Part shown: piece after piece, positions 1 to 8,801 of the stretch
How positions within the stretch are numbered: the first letter of the stretch is position 1
Layout: the number at the start of each line of letters is the position of its first letter
Assembly (NCBI GenBank): GCA_965217185.1
Contig: OZ244252.1
Location: forward strand, 288,001 to 352,000
Length of the DNA stretch: 64,000 nucleotides
Source: an uncultured Candidatus Entotheonella sp.
Lineage (GTDB): Bacteria; Tectomicrobia; Entotheonellia; Entotheonellales; Entotheonellaceae
Reading direction: 5' to 3'
Made by a program: the position numbers and the translations under genes
The notes under the pieces: model-generated
Database searches by the model: none
Told to the model about the DNA's origin: nothing
Seen by the model: the letters and a program-made list of their open reading frames with translations, nothing else

Positions 1-33
1 GCATGGAGTCGCTGACCTTCACAGAAGAATTCA

Positions 34-1122
34 TCAAGTACGGGATGGGCGAGTAGGGGCTGTGTCCGGTGTCCGGGCCGGGTCGTCGCGCAGTTGTTCG
101 AGGGCCCAGGCGGCGTGTTCGCGTATCAGCGGTTCCTCATCCTGTAGCAGGTCTTCAAGCACGGGGATGAAGGCGTGATTGCCGGAATTGCCCATCGCCA
201 CGCAGACGTTGCGCAGCAGGCCACGCCGTTTGGGGCGTTCGAGGGCGGTGCCGCGGAAGCGTTGTTTGAAGGCTTCGGGTGTCAGGCGGGACAGTTCTTC
301 GAGGTCCGGATGCACACGCTGCGGACGAGGTTGCAGGCCGGGCTCAGCGGTGAAATGGCGTTTGCGGTTCCAGGGGCAGACGTCTTGGCAGATGTCGCAG
401 CCCAGTACGTGGCTGCCCATCGGCGCGCGCAGGGCCTCGGGAATCGCGGTCTTGAGCTCGATCGTCAGGTAGGAAATGCAGCGCCGCGCGTCGAGGACGT
501 ACGGTTCGGGGAACGCCTCGGTGGGGCAGGCGTCCAGGCAGCGGGTGCAGGTGCCGCAATGGTCGGGCGTCGGGTGGTCGATTTCCAGCGGCACCGTCAG
601 GACGAGGACACCGAGCAGCAGCCAGGAGCCGAGACGCTTGTTGAGCAGGCAGGTGTTCTTGCCGAACCAGCCGAGGCCAGCGTATTTGGCGTACACCCGC
701 TCGACCACCGGCCCGGTATCCACGTACAGTTTGCTGGCTGCCGGCGATGGCAGCAGCGTGGCGGTGAAATCCCGCAGCCGTTCCAGCTTGGCCTCAAGCA
801 CCCCGTGGTAATCCTCGCCCCAGGCGTAACGCGCCACCCAGCCCCGCTTCGGATTCCCGTGGTCGGTGGAATAGGGGTAAGGCGTGTCGTAGTTCAGCCC
901 GCACACCACGACCGACCGCGCGCCCGGCAGCACCTTCTGCAAGTCGCTGCGGCGCTCCTGAGTTCGCGACAGGTAGTGCATGTCCCCGGCATAGCCCGCC
1001 GCCAACCATTTCTCATAGAAGTCCAGCTCCGGGCTGCCCTGTGCTGGCGCTACCCCTACGAGATCGAAGCCCAGTTCCAGGGCGTGCTGCTTGATGCGTT
1101 GAGTCAGTTCGCGCTGGGACAT
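34..1122 (-). CDS. queG: tRNA epoxyqueuosine reductase QueG
   Basis: ARYAWGEDYH, YVDTGPVVER, two Fe-S motifs (CGTCTRCLDACP; GCDICQDVCPWN), C-terminal HEAT-like repeat; likely start MSQREL. Confidence 0.93.
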   Translation of the reverse strand: MSQRELTQRIKQHALELGFDLVGVAPAQGSPELDFYEKWLAAGYAGDMHYLSRTQERRSDLQKVLPGARSVVVCGLNYDTPYPYSTDHGNPKRGWVARYAWGEDYHGVLEAKLERLRDFTATLLPSPAASKLYVDTGPVVERVYAKYAGLGWFGKNTCLLNKRLGSWLLLGVLVLTVPLEIDHPTPDHCGTCTRCLDACPTEAFPEPYVLDARRCISYLTIELKTAIPEALRAPMGSHVLGCDICQDVCPWNRKRHFTAEPGLQPRPQRVHPDLEELSRLTPEAFKQRFRGTALERPKRRGLLRNVCVAMGNSGNHAFIPVLEDLLQDEEPLIREHAAWALEQLRDDPARTPDTAPTRPSRT

Positions 1123-1201
1123 GTGCCTGCCACCTCCGTGCTGCACGACCACTTTGTTCTGGACGAAAAATCAAGCGGCAGTATAATACATGGCTTACGA
1201 T

Positions 1202-1276
1202 TCCCCGGTAGCTCAGCAGGTAGAGCGGTTGGCTGTTAACCAATTGGTCGCTGGTTCGAGTCCGGCCCGGGGAGCC
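1202..1276 (+). tRNA. tRNA-Asn (GTT)
   Basis: Acceptor stem TCCCCGG/CCGGGGA, D-arm GCTCAGCAGGTAGAGC, anticodon loop CTGTTAA, T-loop GGTTCGAGTCC; ends GCC (terminal A not encoded). Confidence 0.95.
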
Positions 1277-1316
1277 TGAAGTCGAGTCGCCCATTCCGGC
1301 AACTCCTCACATGATG

Positions 1317-1354
1317 CAAGACCCCGAGGGGTGATCCTCTCGGGGTCTTGTTGT
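1317..1354 (+). terminator. Stem-loop terminator after tRNA
   Basis: CAAGACCCCGAGGG-gtgat-CCTCTCGGGGTCTTG followed by TTGT. Confidence 0.7.
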
Positions 1355-1426
1355 ATCTGGTGACAGGTTAGGGGTTTCGTCCATTTGCCCATTTGCCGAC
1401 GCCTCGGAATCAATGAGGAATGAAAA

Positions 1427-3868
1427 ATGGCCCTCAAAAAGTCCCAACTCTACGCCTCGCTCTGGCAAAGCTGCGACGAGCTTCGCGGTGGCATGGATGC
1501 CTCGCAGTACAAGGACTACGTTCTCACCCTGCTGTTCATGAAGTACGTGTCGGACAAATACGCCGGCAGGCCGGACGCGCTCATCGACGTGCCCGACGGC
1601 GGCGGCTTTGCCGACATGGTGCGGCTCAAGGGCGACAAGGAAATCGGCGACAAGATCAACCAGATCATTGGCCGGCTCGCCGAGGCCAATGATCTCAAGG
1701 GTGTCATCGACCAGGCCGACTTCAACGACGAGAGCAAGCTCGGCGCCGGCAAGGAGATGCAGGACCGACTCTCCAGGCTGGTGGCCATTTTCGACGGCCT
1801 CGATTTCCGGGCCAACCGGGCCGAGGGGGACGACCTGCTCGGCGATGCCTACGAATACCTGATGCGCCACTTCGCCACCGAGTCCGGCAAGAGCAAGGGA
1901 CAATTCTACACCCCAGCCGAGGTGTCGCGCATCATGGCGAAAGTGATCGACATCGGCGCCGACACCCGCCAGGACCAGACGATCTACGACCCCACCTGCG
2001 GCTCCGGCTCACTGCTGCTCAAGGCCGCCGACGAAGCGCCGCACGGCATTACCGTCTACGGCCAAGAGATGGACAACGCCACCTGGTCGCTGGCGCGGAT
2101 GAACATGATTCTGCACGGTCACCCGACCGCCGAGTTGTGGCGCAGCAACACGCTGGCCGACCCCTATTTCAAGAACCCTGACGGCGGTCTCAAGACCTTC
2201 GACTTCGCCGTTGCCAAGCCCCCTTTCTCAGCCAAGGCGTGGTCCAGCGGCCTCGATGCGGCCAACGACGAATTCAGGCGTTTCGAGTATGGCATCCCGC
2301 CGGACAAGAACGGTGATTATGCCTTTCTCCTGCACCTCATCACGTCGCTCAAGAGCAAGGGCAAGGGCGCGATCATTCTGCCTCACGGCGTGCTGTTCCG
2401 CGGCAATAAGGAGGCTGATATCCGCCGGATGCTCATACGGTGCGGCCTGATCAAGGGCATCATCGGCCTGCCCGCCAATCTCTTCTACGGTACCGGCATC
2501 CCTGCCTGCATCTTGATTCTTGACAAGGAACACGCCGAGGCCCGCACCGGTATCTTCATGATCGACGCGAGCAAGGGTTTCCTCAAGGACGGCAACAAGA
2601 ACCGTTTGCGTGCCCAGGACATTCACCAAATCGTGGACGTGTTCACCAAGCAAACCGAGGTGCCGCGCTACGCCCGCATGGTGCCGGTGGCCGAGGTCGC
2701 CAGTCCCGCCAACGACTACAACCTCAACATCCCGCGCTACATCGACTCCAGCGAGTCCGAGGACCTGCACGACCTCGACGCCCATCTGCACGGCGGCATC
2801 CCCAACCGCGACGTTGATGCCTTGAGCACATACTGGTCCGTCTTTCCCTCCCTGCGCCAGGCGTTGTTCGCAGACAACGGGCGAGCAGGCTACAGCGAGG
2901 CCCGGGTCGAGACGCAGCAGGTGAAAGCCGCCATCCTCGGCCACGACGAGTTCGAGTCCTACCGCAAGCGAGTCGCAGCCATCCTCGACGGCTGGCGTGA
3001 GAGCCATGAACCGCTGCTCAAGGGGATCGAGGCAGGCGCCAATCCTAAAACCGTCATCCACACCCTGTCGGATGACCTGCTCGCGCGTTTCGCCGCCCTG
3101 CCGCTGCTCGACCCTTATGACGTCTACCAGCGGCTGTTGGATTACTGGGACGAGACGATGCAGGATGACGTCTACCTTATCGTCGCCGATGGTTGGGTGG
3201 AGGCGGCCAAGCCGCGTGGCATCATCGAGGATAAGGAAAGGAAACTCAAAGAGACGCCGGACCTGACCATCGGACGCAAGAAGTACAAGATGGATCTGAT
3301 TCCCCCGGCCTTCGTTGTTGCGCGGTACTTTGCTGCCGAGCACGCCGCCCTTGAGCGGTTCCAGGCCGAGCAGGACGCGGCCGCCCGCGAATTGGAGGCG
3401 TTTGTCGAGGAGCACACCGGCGAGGAAGGTCTGCTGGCGGACGCGGCCAACGACAAAGGCAAGGTCACCAAGGCAGGTGTGAGGGACCGGTTCAAAGCCA
3501 TTCAGCACGAGCCGGAGAGTGGCGAGGAACGGGATGCACTCATGCGCTGTGTTGCCCTGATCGAGGCTGAATCCAGCACGGGCAAGGCCGTCAAGGACGC
3601 TCAGGCCAAGCTGGATCAACGGGTGCTGGCCTGCTATGCCACCCTCACCGAAATCGAGATCAAGACGCTGGTGGTCGAGGACAAATGGCTCGCCACTATT
3701 CGTGAGGCTATCGAAGGCGAAATGCAGCGGCTGACCCAGCAGCTTGCCGGGCGCGTCAAGGAGCTGGAGGAGCGGTACGCTCGGCCGCTGCCAGATCTGG
3801 AGCAGGAGGTTGAAGTGTTCGGTGCCAAGGTCGAAGGGCACTTGAAGCGGATGGGATTGTCGTTATGA
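1427..3868 (+). CDS. hsdM: Type I R-M modification subunit; catalytic motif reads KPPF instead of NPPF
   Basis: CDELRGGMDASQYKDY N-terminus, GQFYTP, YDPTCGSGSLL SAM motif, PHGVLFRG, YNLNIPRYID. Confidence 0.93.
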   Translation: MALKKSQLYASLWQSCDELRGGMDASQYKDYVLTLLFMKYVSDKYAGRPDALIDVPDGGGFADMVRLKGDKEIGDKINQIIGRLAEANDLKGVIDQADFNDESKLGAGKEMQDRLSRLVAIFDGLDFRANRAEGDDLLGDAYEYLMRHFATESGKSKGQFYTPAEVSRIMAKVIDIGADTRQDQTIYDPTCGSGSLLLKAADEAPHGITVYGQEMDNATWSLARMNMILHGHPTAELWRSNTLADPYFKNPDGGLKTFDFAVAKPPFSAKAWSSGLDAANDEFRRFEYGIPPDKNGDYAFLLHLITSLKSKGKGAIILPHGVLFRGNKEADIRRMLIRCGLIKGIIGLPANLFYGTGIPACILILDKEHAEARTGIFMIDASKGFLKDGNKNRLRAQDIHQIVDVFTKQTEVPRYARMVPVAEVASPANDYNLNIPRYIDSSESEDLHDLDAHLHGGIPNRDVDALSTYWSVFPSLRQALFADNGRAGYSEARVETQQVKAAILGHDEFESYRKRVAAILDGWRESHEPLLKGIEAGANPKTVIHTLSDDLLARFAALPLLDPYDVYQRLLDYWDETMQDDVYLIVADGWVEAAKPRGIIEDKERKLKETPDLTIGRKKYKMDLIPPAFVVARYFAAEHAALERFQAEQDAAARELEAFVEEHTGEEGLLADAANDKGKVTKAGVRDRFKAIQHEPESGEERDALMRCVALIEAESSTGKAVKDAQAKLDQRVLACYATLTEIEIKTLVVEDKWLATIREAIEGEMQRLTQQLAGRVKELEERYARPLPDLEQEVEVFGAKVEGHLKRMGLSL

Positions 3869-3942
3869 GGGAGGTGCTCGTACCGTTGTTCAGTACTTCA
3901 GGAGAGCGCTTCTGACGGTCTGCGACCACAAGGAGAAGCGCC

Positions 3943-4233
3943 ATGTCCGTATCAAAGCCTCTGTACAGCAAGGAAGAGTTCGCTCGCCGCGATGATGAGA
4001 TTTATGATCGAGATATAAGCCCTCATATTGGACCTGCTGACGAAGGTAAGTTTGTGGTTGTCGACATTGAGACGGGAGAATACGAAGTTGATCAGGATGA
4101 ACTGGCTGCCTCGGACCGGCTTCTTGCTCGCCGCTTTGGACCCCGCTACGGAGCGAGTGGGCATGATAGCCGGTTATTGGCAGGCAACCTGAAGTCGCTC
4201 ACTTTGGAGGGACAGTCATGGCAGAGCGAATAA
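3943..4233 (+). CDS. Small hypothetical protein (TA-associated type, possibly degenerate)
   Basis: RBS AGGAGA upstream; GKFVVVDIETGEYEVD pattern. Confidence 0.5.
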   Translation: MSVSKPLYSKEEFARRDDEIYDRDISPHIGPADEGKFVVVDIETGEYEVDQDELAASDRLLARRFGPRYGASGHDSRLLAGNLKSLTLEGQSWQSE

Positions 4234-4442
4234 CCGTGTCAGTCGATCCCGATGTAGCCAAGCTCTACCGTTCGGCTTCTGATAATGAGCGTCGCAAACT
4301 GGATTTGCTTATCAATTTGTGTTTGCGTGATGCGACGGAATCCGGGAAATCACTTAGGGACACGATGCTGGAAGTTAGCCGCAACGCGCAACGGCGTGGT
4401 CTGACCCCGGAAATTTTGCAGTCTATCCTGGCCGACGAATGA
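4218..4442 (+). CDS. Putative antitoxin
   Basis: 74 aa ending AQRRGLTPEILQSIL, coupled (ATGA) to PIN gene. Confidence 0.65.
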   Translation: MAERITVSVDPDVAKLYRSASDNERRKLDLLINLCLRDATESGKSLRDTMLEVSRNAQRRGLTPEILQSILADE

Positions 4443-4846
4443 TTCGCTTCGTCTTCGATACAAACGTCATTGTCAGCGCGTTACTCTTCAACGATTCCGT
4501 ACCAGGGCAGGCGTTCATTCGGGCCTTGAATCATGGAATGATTCTGGTTTCCGGGGCATTGATGGGGGAGTTGAGCCGTGTACTCGGCCGGGACAGGTTC
4601 GACCGGTATGTCACCCGCGAAGAGCGCGACGAGTTTCTTGAATCACTGATACGGGAATCGAACCTGATCGAAATCACCGAGGCTGTCCAAGTATGCCGCG
4701 ATCCCAAAGACGACCAAGTCTTGGAGTTGGCCGTCAACGGCAATGCGACATACATCCTCACAGGAGATGCCGACTTGCTCGTTCTAAACCCATTTCGTGG
4801 CGTAGAGATTGTAACGCCTGCCGAGTTCCTGAAATTGACCGCCTGA
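4439..4846 (+). CDS. PIN-domain (PIN_3) toxin
   Basis: FVFDTNVIVSA, CRDPKDDQVLELA, ILTGDADLL. Confidence 0.88.
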   Translation: MIRFVFDTNVIVSALLFNDSVPGQAFIRALNHGMILVSGALMGELSRVLGRDRFDRYVTREERDEFLESLIRESNLIEITEAVQVCRDPKDDQVLELAVNGNATYILTGDADLLVLNPFRGVEIVTPAEFLKLTA

Positions 4847-4922
4847 CCCTAGAAACTGTGCGCTGGAATAGTCATATTCTTTGTCCAGCTATCGGGCCCG
4901 TGCTGCTGCCGTTCGAGGGTAG

Positions 4923-6227
4923 GTGAATGTGATGAATAAGAGACAAGAGATAATGGGCAACGCCCTTGGAGATGGACGCCGTGCGCTATCGAAAGAGGTG
5001 CCGGTGGGTTACAAGCGGACTGAGGTGGGGGTTATTCCGGAAGAGTGGTCGTTCCAAAGTCTCGGGACAATTTGCGATGTCAGAGATGGTACACATGAGT
5101 CGCCTCGATTTTATAGTGAAGGTGTTCCTTTTGTAACTTCCAAGAATATAGTGAACGGTAGCCTTGATCTTGAAAATACTTCATACATTTCGGAGCAAGA
5201 TGCCAATGAAATCAACAAGCGCTCAAAAGTGGATCCCAATGATATTCTGATGTCAATGATAGGAACTATCGGCAGCGCTGTGTTAATTGACTTTGAACCA
5301 AGTTTTTGTATCAAGAATGTTGCACTTATAAAGCCGCAAGAAGTACTACCAAAATTCTTGATTCAGTTAATAGTGTCTCCGTTATTCCAGAACTACCTAA
5401 AAGACAGCTTAGACGGTGGGATTCAGAAGTTTGTAGCATTGGGAACACTCCGTCATCTGAACGTTCCTCTCCCATCATCTTCAGAACAACGCGCCATCGC
5501 CGAGGCGTTGTCGGATGTGGATGAATTGCTCGGGTCGTTGGAGAAGTTGATCGCCAAGAAGCGGGCCATCAAGCAGGCCGCCATGCAGCAACTCCTCACC
5601 GGTAAGACCCGCCTGCCGGAATTCAGCGGGAAATGGGAGATGAAGCGGATTGGCGATATCTCGGACGTTGATCCGGAAAACTTGCCGAGTGGCACAAGTC
5701 CAGACTTCACGTTCAATTACATTTCTCTTGAGCAAGTCAATGCTGGTCGTCTACTTGGTTACTTGCAAGTGAAATTTTGCACAGCTCCTTCTCGAGCGCG
5801 ACGAGTGCTTCGTTATGGTGACGTGCTTATGTCGACAGTTCGTCCAGGATTGATGGCGCACCTACTGTATCGTGAACAGATACCCAACGCAGTCTGCTCA
5901 ACAGGGTTCGCCGTCCTTAGAGCCAAGCCTCAGTTGTCCGACCCGGGCTTCCTTTTCGCCCATCTTCTTGGCCATGTTGTGAACAAGCAGATCGAAAAAA
6001 CCCTGGCCGGATCAAACTACCCGGCCATCAACGGACGCGACGTGAGGCTGCTTGAAATTCCTTGCCCGCCTCAAATTCACGAACAACGCGCCATTGCCGC
6101 CGTCCTCTCCGACATGGACGATGAGATCACCGCGCTGGAGCGCCGTCGGGACAAAACCCACGCCATCAAGCAAGGCATGATGCAGCAACTCCTCACCGGC
6201 CGAGTTCGGCTTGTCAAGTCGGAGTAG
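4923..6227 (+). CDS. hsdS: Type I R-M specificity subunit
   Basis: GYKRTEVGVIPEEW, two AT-richer TRDs, two conserved EQRAIA..LSD..MQQLLTG repeats; start uncertain. Confidence 0.92.
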   Translation: MNVMNKRQEIMGNALGDGRRALSKEVPVGYKRTEVGVIPEEWSFQSLGTICDVRDGTHESPRFYSEGVPFVTSKNIVNGSLDLENTSYISEQDANEINKRSKVDPNDILMSMIGTIGSAVLIDFEPSFCIKNVALIKPQEVLPKFLIQLIVSPLFQNYLKDSLDGGIQKFVALGTLRHLNVPLPSSSEQRAIAEALSDVDELLGSLEKLIAKKRAIKQAAMQQLLTGKTRLPEFSGKWEMKRIGDISDVDPENLPSGTSPDFTFNYISLEQVNAGRLLGYLQVKFCTAPSRARRVLRYGDVLMSTVRPGLMAHLLYREQIPNAVCSTGFAVLRAKPQLSDPGFLFAHLLGHVVNKQIEKTLAGSNYPAINGRDVRLLEIPCPPQIHEQRAIAAVLSDMDDEITALERRRDKTHAIKQGMMQQLLTGRVRLVKSE

Positions 6228-6230
6228 ACA

Positions 6231-7028
6231 ATGGCCATCAAGACTGTAGAGCGAGACTTTCACGAGAAGGTCTCAACGAAGATTCGGCTCGCAGCCGAGG
6301 GCATGGAACGCTTTCGCGTGTTCACGCCCTTCCTGCTCGAGGACGGCGACCATTTGTCCATTGTCCTGAAGAAGGAAGGCGCCCGGTGGGTGCTATCCGA
6401 CGAGGCGCACACCTACATGCACCTCACCTATGACATGGACGAGAGGGACCTCCATGCCGGCACACGCCAGAGGATCATTGCCAACGCGTTGTCTGTTTTC
6501 CAGATCGAAGACCGGGAAGGAGAGCTGGTACTCGAGGTGCCGGATGAACGCTACGGCGACGCGCTTTATTCATTCGTTCAGGCACTTCTCAAGATATCGG
6601 ACGTCTCGTACCTGTCGCGGGAACGGGCCCGGTCCACCTTCATGGAAGATTTCCGGTCGCTGCTGAGTGAGGCTGCTCCCGAAGAACGCCGGGTTTTCGA
6701 TTGGAGCGACCCCGACCACGACCCGCATGGAATTTATACGGTGGACTGCCGGATCAACGGCATGCCGCGGCCGCTTTTCGTTCATGCCTTGACGGGCGAC
6801 GGGAAAACACGCGATGCCACGATCGCGCTGCACCAGTTCGAGAAGTGGGGTGTGTCGTTCCGTTCCCTGGCCATTTTCGAGGACCAGGAGTCGATCAACC
6901 GGAAGGTGCTCGCACGTTTCAGCGACGTCTGCGAGAAGCAGTTCTCCAGCCTGGCCCCGAACCGCGACAGGATCATGCACTTTCTCGATGAGAGTATTTC
7001 GGGTGAGCGAGAGGGAAGCCCGCGGTGA
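6231..7028 (+). CDS. DUF1828-like protein
   Basis: [25 protein letters not shown] pattern. Confidence 0.65.
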   Translation: MAIKTVERDFHEKVSTKIRLAAEGMERFRVFTPFLLEDGDHLSIVLKKEGARWVLSDEAHTYMHLTYDMDERDLHAGTRQRIIANALSVFQIEDREGELVLEVPDERYGDALYSFVQALLKISDVSYLSRERARSTFMEDFRSLLSEAAPEERRVFDWSDPDHDPHGIYTVDCRINGMPRPLFVHALTGDGKTRDATIALHQFEKWGVSFRSLAIFEDQESINRKVLARFSDVCEKQFSSLAPNRDRIMHFLDESISGEREGSPR

Positions 7029-7041
7029 AGCACCTGAAATT

Positions 7042-7164
7042 GGGTAACGTGAAACCATGAGCACGGTTGGCGAACGGGAAATCCGCACGCAGCAACGGGT
7101 GGTGGCATTCTTCCGCGAGGCACTCAGCCGCGTCGACCTCGGCAGCATTGAGAAATCGACATGA
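7042..7164 (+). repeat. Duplicated hsdR 5' end (35-aa stub, ATG 7057)
   Basis: 7042-7125 aligns with 8787-8870: MSTVGEREIRTQQRVVAFFREAL vs MSTVGEREIRTQRRVVAFFQAAL, including upstream GGGTAACGTGAA. Confidence 0.9.
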
Positions 7165-7177
7165 AGGAGCGGCGTTC

Positions 7178-8715
7178 ATGATCGAGAAGCGTTTCAGAGA
7201 CCTCTGGGAACAGTTACAGGGCAAGAAACCCCATTTGCCGCATTTTCTGGCGGAAATTCACCTGGAGGGCATTCGTGGCATCGACGATATCCGGGTGGTG
7301 TTCGATTACCCGGTGAGCGTCATTGCCGGCGGCAATGCCAGCGGCAAGTCGACCGTGCTCTTTGCGGCTGCCTGCGCCTACAAGGTGCCGGGAGCGGGTG
7401 TCAAGGATTTCGTGCCGTCCACACTTTTTCCCGATTACCGGCCCAAACTGGGAAGACGCGAGGACGAAAAGCGCGAAATCGTCATAGAGTTCGACTATTC
7501 GACGCCCGACGGCCGGCGGTCCATGCGGTGGCGCCGTTCCAAGGATTGGAATCGCAGCTTCCTCGGTCGCAAGAACGCCAGCCAGCCGGAACGGCCGCTC
7601 TATCTCAGGACACTCAGCAATCCAGCCGAGGTTCGCGGTGTGCTCAGTATGTCTCGCCTGGGTTCCGCGCCGCTGGAATCTCCCCTGACGGCGTCACAGG
7701 TTGAGTTCGCGCAGCGGATGCTTCCCTTCCGATATTCAGAGGTCGTCAACCTGTCCAGCGGCAGCAAGAACTTGCTTTTTGCCGCCCAGGAAGGTGGCGC
7801 GTCGTACTCCGAATTGCACATGGCCGCTGGCGAGCGCGCCATCTTGCGGCTGTCGCGGGAAATCGCCCAACTCGAAGGCGCACTGGTTCTGGTTGACGAA
7901 GTGGAAGCTGGGCTGCACCCGTGGGTCCAGCAACTTCTCATGCTGCAACTTCAGCAACTTGCCCTGCGCAACGACCTGCAGATCATCGTGACCTCTCACA
8001 GCCCGGTCGTGCTCGATTCGGTGCCCGCCAACGGGCGCATCTTTCTCGAACGCGACGAAAAGGGCCGGGTTGCGGTACGCCGGCGTATCGCGACGTGGTC
8101 CAGGATGCACTGTACGGCCGCTCCGGCGATGCGCTCAACCTGCTGTGTGAAGACGATGCGGCCGAAGGCATTCTGCACGGCATTTTTGACGTTCTGTTAC
8201 CCCGTCAGAGAATGAGGAGGGAATCGGTTCGCATAGGGCGGGACACAGGCGCCGGCGAATTCCCGGCACATGCCACGGCTTTCAGGAAATTCGGCCAGAT
8301 TCAAAACTTCGTCTTCATTCTCGATGGCGACAAGCGGGGCTGCGACGTTGAACGAAAGATACAAGAAGGTGCTGGGAGCGAAGTCCCCGTATTGTTTCTT
8401 CCTGGCCGCGCCGCGCCGGAAGTCTGGGTGTGGGACCGCCTGCGACAGAGCTCAGAGGGTGCCAGGGAATTGAATATTGACCCCGCCGAACTATTCGAGC
8501 GGATGAATCGGCTGGCCTCGGTCTACGATTCCGCGTCCGACCGCCCGTCACAGATTGCCAAGACCAAACTTCGTGGCCTGTCCGAACCCCTTGGTTGGAA
8601 TGCCCCGGATATTTGCCGGGTCGTTGCCCGGCTGGAGGCCGGCCGAAGGGAAAGTGATATTCAGCCTTTGGTTGAAGGATTGGCGAATGCCCTGCTGCAA
8701 TGGCGCGCAAATTAA
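7178..8715 (+). pseudogene. ABC/AAA_21 ATPase fused to TOPRIM (OLD-like nuclease), frameshifted near 8080
   Basis: Walker A GGNASGKST, signature MAAGE, Walker B LVDEVEAGLHP, TSHSP; second frame continues PAYRDVVQDALY..LCEDD..FILDGD. Confidence 0.75.
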
Positions 8716-8801
8716 GCCCGTAGAATGGTGAAGACATAGAAGATGCTGACACGACAGCCAAACGGACTGGTGGCATTTTTGATGCGGGGTAACGTGAAGC
8801 C

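Noticed and set aside
5484..6200. Direct repeats inside hsdS as a phase-variable shufflon
   Set aside because: They are the normal two conserved regions in direct orientation; no extra TRDs or invertase nearby
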